A stretch of 64,000 nucleotides of DNA from Gemmatimonadota bacterium (GTDB lineage Bacteria; Gemmatimonadota; Gemmatimonadetes; Gemmatimonadales; GWC2-71-9), in NCBI GenBank assembly GCA_003222085.1, contig QHUK01000048.1, forward strand, positions 1,460 to 65,459, in the 5' to 3' direction. Below are positions 35,974-46,282 of this stretch, piece after piece (the first letter of the stretch is position 1; each line of letters starts with the position of its first letter). A model generated the notes under the pieces. That model had not been told where the DNA came from. It worked only from the letters and a program-made list of their open reading frames with translations, and searched no databases. Made by a program: the position numbers and the translations under genes.

Positions 35974-37509
35974 ATGCTCGCCCGCGTCCGCTCCGCCGCG
36001 GTGCTGGGGATCGACGCGTATCTGGTGGACGTCGAGACCGACATCGCGAACGGCCTGCCCACCTTTGCCACCGTGGGGTTGCCGCAGGGCGCCGTGAAGG
36101 AAGGGCGCGAGCGCGTCTACGCCGCGCTCGCGAACACCGGTTACACGTTCCCTTTGAAGCGCATCACGGTGAACCTGGCCCCCGCCGACATCCGCAAAGA
36201 CGGCTCGGCGTTCGACCTGCCGATTGCCGTCGGGATCCTCGCGGCCACGGAGCAGATCTCCAGCGAACGGTTAGGACGGGTCGCGGTGTTGGGCGAGCTT
36301 GGTCTGGAAGGCGCGATCCGACCGGTGCGCGGGGCGCTCCCGGTCGCTCTGGCGGCGCGACTGGCGGGGCTCGAGGCACTCGTCCTGCCGCGCGAGAACC
36401 TTCCGGAGGCGGGCGTGGTCTCCGGGGTCCGTGTGCTGGGGGCCGGCAATCTCGCCGAGCTGGCCGACTTCTTGGACGGCCGGGCGGAGCTGCCCGAGGC
36501 GCGGGTCGATCTCGCGGGGCTCTTGGCGGAGCGGGCGAAGCACGACGTCGACTTCGCCGAAGTCAAAGGCCAGGCGCACGCGAAGCGGGCGCTCGAGGTC
36601 GCAGCGGCGGGCGGGCACAACATCCTCATGATCGGTGCACCGGGGACCGGTAAGACGATGCTCGCGCGCCGGCTCCCCACGATTCTCCCCCAGATGAGCC
36701 TGGACGAGGCGCTCGAGACCACGAAGATCCATTCCGTGGCGGGCGTGCTGCCGGTCGGCGAGTCCCTCGTGGCGCGGCGACCGTTCCGCGCGCCGCACCA
36801 TACGATCTCGGACGCCGGGCTGATCGGCGGTGGCTCGTATCCGCGACCGGGCGAAGTGAGCCTCGCCCACGGCGGCGTGCTGTTCCTGGACGAGCTGCCC
36901 GAGTTCCGCAAGAACGTGCTCGAGGTGCTGCGCCAGCCGATGGAGGACGGCGTCGTGACGATCGCGCGCGCCGCGATGAGCCTTACCTATCCGGCGCGCT
37001 TCATGCTCGCCGCGGCGATGAATCCCTGTCCCTGCGGCTACTTCGGCGATCCGCAGCACAACTGCGTCTGCGGACCGCTCGGCGTGGAGCGCTACCTCGC
37101 GCGCGTCTCGGGACCCCTGCTCGACCGCATCGACATCCATCTGGAAGTGCCCGCCGTGAAGTACCGGGCGCTGGCGGACCAGGGCGTCGGCGAGCCGAGC
37201 GAGGCGGTCCGGGAGCGGGTGGACCGGGCGCGCGCGGCGCAGCGGGAGCGTTTCGCGAGCCGGCCGGGCGTCTACGCCAACGCTCACATGGCGGCGCGCG
37301 ACATCCGCACCTTCTGCCGCGTGTCGGACGGGGCAGACGCGCTGTTGCGCACGGCGATCACACGGCTCGCCCTCTCAGCGCGGGCGTATCACCGCATTCT
37401 CAAGATCGCGCGCACCATCGCCGACCTCGAAGGGGCCGCCGATCTCCAGCCGAAGCACGTGAGCGAGGCGATTCAGTATCGCAGCCTCGACCGGCGGGGC
37501 TTAGCGTGA
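35974..37509 (+). CDS. comM: YifB/ComM family Mg-chelatase-like AAA+ ATPase
   Basis: ITVNLAPADIRKDGSAFDLPIA, GAPGTGKT, PFRAPHH, PGEVSLAHGGVLFLDE, MNPCPCG, SGPLLDRID. Confidence 0.93.
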   Translation: MLARVRSAAVLGIDAYLVDVETDIANGLPTFATVGLPQGAVKEGRERVYAALANTGYTFPLKRITVNLAPADIRKDGSAFDLPIAVGILAATEQISSERLGRVAVLGELGLEGAIRPVRGALPVALAARLAGLEALVLPRENLPEAGVVSGVRVLGAGNLAELADFLDGRAELPEARVDLAGLLAERAKHDVDFAEVKGQAHAKRALEVAAAGGHNILMIGAPGTGKTMLARRLPTILPQMSLDEALETTKIHSVAGVLPVGESLVARRPFRAPHHTISDAGLIGGGSYPRPGEVSLAHGGVLFLDELPEFRKNVLEVLRQPMEDGVVTIARAAMSLTYPARFMLAAAMNPCPCGYFGDPQHNCVCGPLGVERYLARVSGPLLDRIDIHLEVPAVKYRALADQGVGEPSEAVRERVDRARAAQRERFASRPGVYANAHMAARDIRTFCRVSDGADALLRTAITRLALSARAYHRILKIARTIADLEGAADLQPKHVSEAIQYRSLDRRGLA

Positions 37510-37549
37510 GGAAGGAGGGGAGAGTGGAAGCACGGTGCGCGGACTTCAG

Positions 37550-37675
37550 ATGTGCCCCTATCTGGATTGCGATGGGGACGCCGTCATCGACGCCGTGGAT
37601 TGGGCCGTGATCCGGGACCACCACGCGCAGTATCCTGAGCGGCCGAGGTGGGGAGACGTGTACCACTGGGAGTAG
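37550..37675 (+). other. Possible small ORF or 5'-truncated gene remnant (41 aa)
   Basis: MCPYLDCDGDAVIDAVDWAVIRDHHAQYPERPRWGDVYHWE*; protein-like composition, below the ORF-track length cutoff. Confidence 0.4.
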
Positions 37676-37728
37676 GGGCCGGCGAAGGTTTGACATGCTG
37701 AGAGCATGTTTGCACGTTCGATCCCGGC

Positions 37729-38538
37729 ATGACTGGCCGCCCCCTCGGCACTCCGACCCTGCTCGGCCTCCCCTACGACGCGAGCTCCTCGTTTCTCAAG
37801 GGCACGGCGGCCGCTCCGCCGCTCATCCGTCAGGCGCTGCATTCGCCGGCGGGAAATCCTTGGACCGAGACGGGAATCGATCTTGGCGCCGACCGGGCGC
37901 TCGCCGACGCGGGCGACGTCCCGCTCGGCAGCTCCGCGGCCGACGCACGGACGAAGATCGAGGAAGCGGTGCGTACGCTGCTCGAGTCGGGAGGCCGGCC
38001 GATCGTGCTCGGCGGCGACCACTCGGTCACCTACCCCATCGTGCGGGCCGTGCGGTGGTTTCACCCCAAGCTGAGCATCCTGCATTTCGACGCCCACCCC
38101 GACCTCTATCCGGAGTTCGAGGGTGACCGGTACTCCCACGCCTGTCCGTTCGCGCGGATCCTGGAAGAGAAGCTCGTGGATCACGTGGTGCAGGTGGGTA
38201 TCCGCACGATGAACGCGGTGCAGCGCACGCAGGCCGAGCGCTACGGGGTCGAGGTGATCGACATGCGCGCCTGGGTCGCGGGGCAGCGCCCCACGCTGCA
38301 CGAGCCGGTGTACCTCTCGATCGACATCGACGCCTTCGATCCGGCGTTCGCGCCCGGAGTGTCGCACCGCGAGCCGGGCGGCCTGACGGCGCGCGAGGTG
38401 CTGACGGTGCTGCAGGGGCTGACCGTCCCGATCGTCGGTGCCGACATCGTGGAGTTCAATCCCGCGCAGGACCCGAGCGGCGTGACGGCGACCCTGTGTG
38501 CGAAGCTCGTGAAGGAGATCGCCGGAAAGATGACTTAG
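37729..38538 (+). CDS. speB: Agmatinase / ureohydrolase
   Basis: GGDHSVT, HFDAHPDL, SHACPF, SIDIDAFDPAFAPGV, EPGG, DIVEFNP. Confidence 0.88.
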   Translation: MTGRPLGTPTLLGLPYDASSSFLKGTAAAPPLIRQALHSPAGNPWTETGIDLGADRALADAGDVPLGSSAADARTKIEEAVRTLLESGGRPIVLGGDHSVTYPIVRAVRWFHPKLSILHFDAHPDLYPEFEGDRYSHACPFARILEEKLVDHVVQVGIRTMNAVQRTQAERYGVEVIDMRAWVAGQRPTLHEPVYLSIDIDAFDPAFAPGVSHREPGGLTAREVLTVLQGLTVPIVGADIVEFNPAQDPSGVTATLCAKLVKEIAGKMT

Positions 38539-38616
38539 CTTGCGCCCCGTCTGCGTAGGCCATATGTGTAAGAGCTCATTCAAGCTTCAGGCTCCTCCCT
38601 TTTGCAGAGGTGGCGT

Positions 38617-38991
38617 ATGCACAAGCTCTGCCCGACTCTCGGCGCGCTCGCTCTGTGTTTCGTTGGCGTTGCGCCGGCCCGCGCACAAGACCCCGTGCAA
38701 GTGGCACCAAATAACTTCAAGGTGCTTCTGGAGAACGACCAGGTGCGCGTGCTCGACTTTCACAGCAAAGGTGAGAAGGTCCCGATGCATTCCCACCCGA
38801 CGTATTTGACTTACGACATCTCTGGGAGCGGCAAGACGATATACACGTCGCCGGACGGGAAGACGACGGAGCGGGAGTACAAACCTGGTCAGACAACTTG
38901 GAACGGGGCGACGACGCACGCGACCCAGTCGAACGGCGAAATTCATGTTTTGCTTGTCGAACTGAAAACGCAACCAGCCACGAAGAAGTGA
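38617..38991 (+). CDS. Secreted cupin-like protein
   Basis: Signal ARA-Q; DPVQVAP..FKVLLENDQVRVL, PMHSHP, TTH, LLVELK; visibly lower GC. Confidence 0.8.
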   Translation: MHKLCPTLGALALCFVGVAPARAQDPVQVAPNNFKVLLENDQVRVLDFHSKGEKVPMHSHPTYLTYDISGSGKTIYTSPDGKTTEREYKPGQTTWNGATTHATQSNGEIHVLLVELKTQPATKK

Positions 38992-39004
38992 GGGCGAAGA
39001 TGAC

Positions 39005-39343
39005 TTAGTTGGGGGGGATCGTCAGCTGGATGACGTCGCCGGGGTGCACGCTGATGGTCTCGGTGACGGGGTTCGACCGACCGCCGATCGGATGCAGCTC
39101 GAACTGCAGCTCCGTACCGTAGCCGATCAGATCGGGTCGCACCATCAGAATGCGCGACGAGAGGCCCGGCACCATGCCGAGGCGGACGCGCTGGCCGCCC
39201 CGGATGAGGAACACGTTCATGTCGAGGAAGTTCTGGTTGTCGACGGTCACGGCGACCTCGGCCTGAGGATTGATCGGCGCGACGGCGCCGCGGTGACAGG
39301 CCGCAGCGGCGAGCGTGAGGAGCAGGAGCACGAGCGCGCGCAT
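39005..39343 (-). CDS. Hypothetical lipoprotein
   Basis: Lipobox LAAAA-C; VTVDNQNFLDMNVF...RLGMV small beta domain. Confidence 0.75.
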   Translation of the reverse strand: MRALVLLLLTLAAAACHRGAVAPINPQAEVAVTVDNQNFLDMNVFLIRGGQRVRLGMVPGLSSRILMVRPDLIGYGTELQFELHPIGGRSNPVTETISVHPGDVIQLTIPPN

Positions 39344-39411
39344 TACGAGACAATGTACACCCCGGCGGCTGGCGCGCCGCCCGGCCGCTCCCTACTTTCC
39401 CGACACGCCTC

Positions 39412-40362
39412 ATGATCGACTGGCTGCAGGCTCACCTCGGCATGAACCCTCAGCTCCAGACGCGGCTGCTCGTGACCGCGGGGACGATCGCCGGACTCTG
39501 GCTCGTCCGCCACTTCGTCCTGGGTTTCGTCTACCGGCGGGTGCAGGACCCGTGGGGCCGGTATCGCTGGCGCAAGGGCGTGACCTACGCCCTCGTCGCG
39601 GTCGGCGTGATCCTCGTGAGCCAAACGTGGTTCGTCGGAACCGGCGCGCTCACGACCTACCTGGGGCTGGTGTCCGCGGGGCTGGCCATCGCCCTCAAGG
39701 AGCCGCTCTCCAACGTCGCCGGCTGGGCATTCATCATCTGGCGCCGCCCGTTCGAGGTGGGCGACCGCGTGCAAATCGGACCCCACGCAGGGGACGTGAT
39801 CGACCTCGGCTTGTTCCAGTTCACCCTCAACGAGATCGGCGCCTGGGTCGACGCGGACCAGTCGAGCGGACGGATCATCCACATCCCGAACGGCAAAGTC
39901 TTCACGGATCCCGTCGCCAACTACAACAAGGGATTCCGCTACATCTGGAACGAAGTGCCGGTCGTGGTCACGTTCGAAAGCGATTGGAAGAAGGCCAAGC
40001 AGATCCTCGGGAAGATCGCGATCAAGCACGCGGAGCACCTCACGGCGCAGGCCGAGCAGGAGCTGCTCGCGGCTTCCCAGCAGTACCTCATCAACTACCG
40101 CAAGCTCACGCCCATCGTGTATACCAGGGTGGTGAACGATGGCGTGCAGCTGACGATCCGCTACCTGATCGAGCCTCGCAAGCGCCGGGGCACCGAGCAC
40201 GCGATTTGGGAGGACATTCTCACCGAGTTCGCCGCCGCTCCCGACATCGACCTCGCGTACCACACCACCCGGGGGTTCAAGTACACGGACGAAGGGAAGC
40301 CGGCCCTTCGGGCGCCGTCAGTCACGCCGTATGAGACCGGCGTGCCGCCGGCCGATGAGTGA
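39412..40362 (+). CDS. mscS: Small-conductance mechanosensitive channel
   Basis: GLVSAGLAIALK, RPFEVGDRVQIG, GDVIDLG, IPNG. Confidence 0.88.
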   Translation: MIDWLQAHLGMNPQLQTRLLVTAGTIAGLWLVRHFVLGFVYRRVQDPWGRYRWRKGVTYALVAVGVILVSQTWFVGTGALTTYLGLVSAGLAIALKEPLSNVAGWAFIIWRRPFEVGDRVQIGPHAGDVIDLGLFQFTLNEIGAWVDADQSSGRIIHIPNGKVFTDPVANYNKGFRYIWNEVPVVVTFESDWKKAKQILGKIAIKHAEHLTAQAEQELLAASQQYLINYRKLTPIVYTRVVNDGVQLTIRYLIEPRKRRGTEHAIWEDILTEFAAAPDIDLAYHTTRGFKYTDEGKPALRAPSVTPYETGVPPADE

Positions 40363-40372
40363 CCTCGTGACG

Positions 40373-40732
40373 CTAGATCCGCTCGAGCTCGCTGACCGTG
40401 CGCTCATTGCGGACGTTCCCCGTGTTAAGTGTGGACTTGGGCTCGAGCAGGAGGACGTGCGCCTCCTCCGAAGCCACCGGCAGGTGCTCGACCCCCCGCG
40501 GGACGATCACGAACTCGCCCTCGCCCACCGACACGTCGCGGTCCCGAAACTTGAGCAAGAGCCGTCCTTTCACGACGAGAAACAGCTCGTCCTCGAGCTC
40601 GTGGTGATGCCACAGGAACTCGCCTTTGACCTTGACGAGCTTGACGTAAGAGTCGTTGAGCTCGCCCACGATCTTCGGGCTCCAGTGCTCGTTGAACTGC
40701 CGGAATTTCTCGGCGAGGTTCACCCGGTTCAT
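40373..40732 (-). CDS. Cupin domain protein
   Basis: EHWSPKIVGELN, GEFLWHHHELEDELF, VPRGVEH. Confidence 0.9.
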   Translation of the reverse strand: MNRVNLAEKFRQFNEHWSPKIVGELNDSYVKLVKVKGEFLWHHHELEDELFLVVKGRLLLKFRDRDVSVGEGEFVIVPRGVEHLPVASEEAHVLLLEPKSTLNTGNVRNERTVSELERI

Positions 40733-40743
40733 GGCGACGCTCC

Positions 40744-41721
40744 TCAGGAGGCGGTCTGGCGGACGGGCGGACCGGCGGACGGGGAAGGCGAGCTTGACGT
40801 TTCAGTCCGCCGGTCCGCCTGTCCCACCGACCGCCCGATCTTGTGCGAGAACTGGATCCACACGACCGCGCCGAGGATCAGCGCCATCGCGAGAAAGGTG
40901 CGCGCGCTCACGGGCTCGCGGAGGATCAGCCAGCCGAGCAGCACCGCGATCACGGGATTCACGTACGCGTAGGTACCGACGATGGTGGGCGACGCGTGGC
41001 GCAAGGCGTACGTGTAAGCGCTGTAGCCCAGGATCGAGCCGACGACCACGAGGTAGACGAGCGCCCCGGCACCCCGGGGCGTGAGGTGCCAGCGGCTCCA
41101 CTCTCCGACGACCGTGCCCACGAGGGCGATCGTGGCGCCGCCCGCGATCATCTGGATCGCCGCCCCGACGTAGGGGCTCGTCTCCGTGCGATGGCGTTTG
41201 CTGTACACCGAGCCGAGCGACCACGAGGCGCTGGCGCACGTGAGGGCAATCGGTCCGCGCAGATCGGCGCGCAGGATCTCCGCCGGGCTCGCCCCCACGA
41301 GGAGCGCCGTGCCGAGGAAGCCGAGCAGGAGCCCGGTCACGACACGCCAGTTCAAGTCGCCCGAGCCGCCCGGAATGATCGCGTCGAAGAACGCCATCCA
41401 CAGCGCGACCGTCACGACGAAGATGCTGGCCACGCCGGATGCCGTGTACTGCTCGGCCCACACGACGAACGCGTTGCCGCCCGCCAGCAGCAGGACGCCC
41501 ACGATCGCCTGGGTCCGCCAGTCTACCAGCCGCTTCGGTAGCGTGTCGCCGAGCGCCAGCACCACGGTGAGCAGCAGCAGGCCGGCGATGAGGAACCGCA
41601 AACCGGCGAACAGGAACGGGGGCAGGACTCCGACGCCGACCCGGATCGCGAGGTAGGTCGACCCCCAGAACACGCAAACGACGAGGTAGGCGATGAGCGC
41701 CTTGCCGCGCAATCCGGCCAT
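40744..41721 (-). CDS. EamA/DMT transporter (YedA-like) with repeat-derived C-terminal tail
   Basis: VFWGSTYLAIR, PPFLFAGLRF, YAYVNPVIAVLLGW; ATG overlaps the Lrp stop. Confidence 0.92.
   Translation of the reverse strand: MAGLRGKALIAYLVVCVFWGSTYLAIRVGVGVLPPFLFAGLRFLIAGLLLLTVVLALGDTLPKRLVDWRTQAIVGVLLLAGGNAFVVWAEQYTASGVASIFVVTVALWMAFFDAIIPGGSGDLNWRVVTGLLLGFLGTALLVGASPAEILRADLRGPIALTCASASWSLGSVYSKRHRTETSPYVGAAIQMIAGGATIALVGTVVGEWSRWHLTPRGAGALVYLVVVGSILGYSAYTYALRHASPTIVGTYAYVNPVIAVLLGWLILREPVSARTFLAMALILGAVVWIQFSHKIGRSVGQADRRTETSSSPSPSAGPPVRQTAS
40750..40835. repeat. Octamer tandem-inverted element (GGCGGACN x4) inside the EamA 3' end
   Basis: GGCGGTCT GGCGGACG GGCGGACC GGCGGACG ... GTCCGCC GGTCCGCC TGTCCCAC CGACCGCC. 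Confidence 0.85.
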
Positions 41722-42206
41722 CAGTCGAGCTCCGTGGGGACGAACCCCGGCTTTTCGAATACGGTGCCGAGCACGATCGTGGTGCGCGTGCTCATCTCGA
41801 CGGTGGGTGACGGACCGCGCAGGTCGCGCAGCAGATCCTGGAGGCGCTCGAGATCGGGCGCCGCGACTTTGAGCACGTAGCAGTCCTCGCCCGCGACGTG
41901 GTGACACTCCAAGACGCCGGGATGCTTTTCCATCTCGCGCATTCGTGGCTCATCGCCGACATAATCGGAGTTGGCGTAGCGCACCGCGACAAACGCGGTG
42001 ACCGGGAATCCCGCCTTGGCGCGATCAACCCGCGCGCCGTACCCGGTGATGTAGCCGGCTTCCTCCAGTCGCTTCACCCGCTCCATCACGGCGGGTCGCG
42101 ACAGCCCGACCTCGTCCGCGACGGCCTGGTAACTCGAGCGCCCGTCGGTCGCGAGCAGCCGGAGGATCTTCCGATCGACGGCGTCCAGCTCGGTCTTGTG
42201 CGCCAT
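41721..42206 (-). CDS. Lrp/AsnC family transcriptional regulator
   Basis: LDAVDRKILRLLATDGR HTH, ERVKRLEEAGYITGY, ECHHVAGEDCYVLKV. Confidence 0.93.
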   Translation of the reverse strand: MAHKTELDAVDRKILRLLATDGRSSYQAVADEVGLSRPAVMERVKRLEEAGYITGYGARVDRAKAGFPVTAFVAVRYANSDYVGDEPRMREMEKHPGVLECHHVAGEDCYVLKVAAPDLERLQDLLRDLRGPSPTVEMSTRTTIVLGTVFEKPGFVPTELD

Positions 42207-42318
42207 TTCGGAACTCCGTTACGCTTGGTTGCCTACTAGAAGTAGACCTTTGCGATGATTCTCTAACGTATTATAAGCGTAACAGGTTTCCAGCCTACGA
42301 ACTATCCGAAAACGTCCT

Positions 42319-42347
42319 TTGATGGAGACAGTGTAAGCCGCTACTAT
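42319..42347 (+). promoter_or_regulatory. Sigma70-like promoter for a leaderless larE transcript
   Basis: TTGATG-17nt-TACTAT, 6 nt before the ATG at 42354, in an AT-rich divergent intergenic region; no SD. Confidence 0.55.
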
Positions 42348-42353
42348 TCCGCC

Positions 42354-43172
42354 ATGTCCGCCACCCCCCAGCCACTCGCGACGTTGCGCGCCCTTGTCCG
42401 GACTTATCCGTCCGCCCTGGTCGGGTACTCGGGCGGGGTCGACTCGGCCCTCCTGGCGGTCGTGCTGCGGCAGGAGCTGGGGCGCGAGCGGATGCTGGCC
42501 GGGGTAGGCCGGAGTGCCTCCTACCCGACGGCCCAATGGACGACGGCGCGTGCCGTGGCGCAGCGCTTCGATGTGCCGCTGGTCGAGCTCGACACGCATG
42601 AGCTCGAAGATCCCGACTATCTGGCGAATCCGACGAACCGCTGCTTCTTCTGCAAGGCGGAGCTGTGGCGCCGGCTCGTCCCGGAGGCGCGGGCCCGGGG
42701 GCTCGCCATCGTGTGCGACGGGACGAACCTGGACGATTTGGGGGAGCATCGCCCCGGGTACGCCGCGGGACAGGCAGCGGGGGTGCGGTCGCCGCTCGCC
42801 GAGGCGGGGCTCAGGAAGACGGATGTGCGGCATGCCGCGCGCGAGCTCGGGCTTCCGGTATGGGATGCGCCGGCGGCGCCGTGCCTTTCGAGCCGCGTAG
42901 CCTACGGCATCCCGATCACGTCCCAGCGTCTCGCGCAGGTGGAGCGCGCGGAGGCGTACCTGCGCGCGCTCGGCGTGACGGGGGACGTGCGGGTCCGCCA
43001 TCACGGCGACCACGCCCGTATCGAAGTCGAGCCGCGGTGGGTTCCGTGGGTGACGGAGCGGCTCACCGCGGTCAGGGAGCGGCTCACGGCCCTCGGTTTC
43101 GCGGTGGTTGAAGTCGATCCGCGCGGCTACCGCCGCGGTAGTCTCCTCACCGAGCGCGCCGGGCGCGCGTGA
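42354..43172 (+). CDS. larE: LarE family ATP-dependent sulfur transferase (PP-loop)
   Basis: YSGGVDS, NRCFFCK, DGTNLDD...RPG, SPLAEAGL, PCLSSR..YG, RVRHHG, ARIEV, GYRRGS. Confidence 0.88.
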   Translation: MSATPQPLATLRALVRTYPSALVGYSGGVDSALLAVVLRQELGRERMLAGVGRSASYPTAQWTTARAVAQRFDVPLVELDTHELEDPDYLANPTNRCFFCKAELWRRLVPEARARGLAIVCDGTNLDDLGEHRPGYAAGQAAGVRSPLAEAGLRKTDVRHAARELGLPVWDAPAAPCLSSRVAYGIPITSQRLAQVERAEAYLRALGVTGDVRVRHHGDHARIEVEPRWVPWVTERLTAVRERLTALGFAVVEVDPRGYRRGSLLTERAGRA

Positions 43173-43726
43173 GGCTGTTCGTTGCCCTCAATCTTCCCGA
43201 AACGGTGCGCCAGTCGCTGTGCACGTGCGTGCGGCCACTGCAGAGCATGGGGTTCGCACTTCGCTGGATGACCCCCGAGCAGGTGCACCTCACACTCAAG
43301 TTCCTCGGCGACGTGGAGCCCGAGCGCGAACCCGAACTCGTGGCGGCGCTGTCCCGCGCCTGCACGGGAGCGCGGCCCGTCACGCTGTCGCTCAGTGGAT
43401 TCGGCGTGTTCCCCCACTATGACCGGCCACGCGTCGTCTGGGTGGGCGTCGCGCCGGAACCGGCGCTCGAGCTGCTGCAGCACCGAGTGGAGCAAGAGTT
43501 CTCATCGCTGGGCTTCCCCACCGAGGCACGGGCCTTCCGACCGCATATCACGCTGGGGCGGGCGGCGCCGGGAGCGAGGCGGGGCGGCTTCAGCAAACTC
43601 GAAACGGCCCTCGCCACTCTGTGCTTCGACGCAGCGGCGGTGATCATGACGGTCGACTTGATGGAGAGCACGCTCCAATCCGGAGGGGCGGTGTATCACG
43701 TGAGACACAGTGAACGGCTGCCTTAA
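43169..43726 (+). CDS. thpR: RNA 2',3'-cyclic phosphodiesterase (2H family)
   Basis: MRLFVAL, HLTLKFLG and FRPHITLGR (two HxT motifs). Confidence 0.92.
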   Translation: MRLFVALNLPETVRQSLCTCVRPLQSMGFALRWMTPEQVHLTLKFLGDVEPEREPELVAALSRACTGARPVTLSLSGFGVFPHYDRPRVVWVGVAPEPALELLQHRVEQEFSSLGFPTEARAFRPHITLGRAAPGARRGGFSKLETALATLCFDAAAVIMTVDLMESTLQSGGAVYHVRHSERLP

Positions 43727-44374
43727 GGGACTGCTCCGGCTCGCGTTCCTCGCTGTCGCCCTGGTGGCGGCGCTGGGGGTCTGGTGGTTCCGGGAGCCGA
43801 TCATGCGTCGGGCCGCGCACCTGTTCGGTCCGCACTCCACCAAGCTCCCGCCGGTGGCGGACACGGGAGTCGGCGCTCCCACGCCCAAGGCGCTGTCCAG
43901 CACGCAAACCAAGGTCGAACGCCTGAAGCAGACGACGGGACCGGACTCGGTCGTGCTCTCCGCCAACGAAGTGGCGTCGCTCATCGGGAGCTCGATGGAT
44001 TGGTCCGTGCGCAAGAGCTTCGACTCGTTGCGGGTCGAGCTATCGGAGGGGTCCCTGGCCGTTCACTGCCGGCTCGACACGCGGGTGATTCCGCCGGACG
44101 CGCTGGGGCCCATCGCCGGATTCTTGAGCCCGCGGGAGCCGCTGCGGATCGCGGGCCCGCTGCGGATCGAGCGGCCTGGGCTGGCCCGGTTCACCGTGCA
44201 GGAGCTGAGCCTGCGCGGCTTCCCGTTTCCCCCGCCGCTGGTGAAGCAGCTGGCCCAACGGGTGGCGGGGGCGGACTCGAGCGGCGCGGTGCCGTTGCGC
44301 GTCTCGCCGGGGTTCGCCGACGTCCGCATCCACCCGACCGCCGTGGTGCTGTACCGGTTGAAGCGGAGCGAACC

Positions 44375-44378
<4 letters not shown>
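43710..44378 (+). CDS. Hypothetical membrane-anchored protein
   Basis: GCLKGLL N-terminal TM; overlaps both neighbours as in an operon. Confidence 0.7.
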
Positions 44379-45762
<1,384 letters not shown>

Positions 45763-45763
<1 letters not shown>

Positions 45764-46260
45764 TGGCGGACATCGAGAAGGGCCGCGACTGGGACAAAGA
45801 GATGGCCGAAGTGGACCGGCTCCTCAAGAAGCTGCCGGCGGCCGACCCGACGCTCGGCCGGCCGAGCGGCGGCGAGCCGACGGTCCGAAAGCCGGCTGCG
45901 GCGCCCGCCAGCCGATGGAGCGACGGCACGGCGGCGCCCAGTGCCCGGGAGCGGGTCGGGACCTGGGCGAAAGTGGCGCTCGGCCTGCTCGTCGCCATCG
46001 GTGTCGCTCCCGGCGTCTGGCCGTATTCGCACGGCTGCGGCCTGCGACTGATCTTTTACCTGCTGGGCGTGACCACCGTGATCGCCGCGGGGTTGTGGGC
46101 GAGCATTTCGTCCTGGAAGCGGCGCCTCGGCTTCGCCCATGTGGTCTCCCAGATCCTCATCGTCTGGGGGATTCTCCTCATGACGCGGGAAGTCCTGCCG
46201 CGCCTCGGCCCCAAGGCGGAACCCCTGTGGCTGTGCCCGGACGTGCCGCTGCCGCGCTGA
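45763..46260 (+). CDS. Hypothetical 3-TM membrane protein
   Basis: RDWDKEMAEVDRLLKKLP N-terminus followed by three hydrophobic helices. Confidence 0.7.
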
Positions 46261-46282
46261 CACCCACGACCTAACACCCAAC

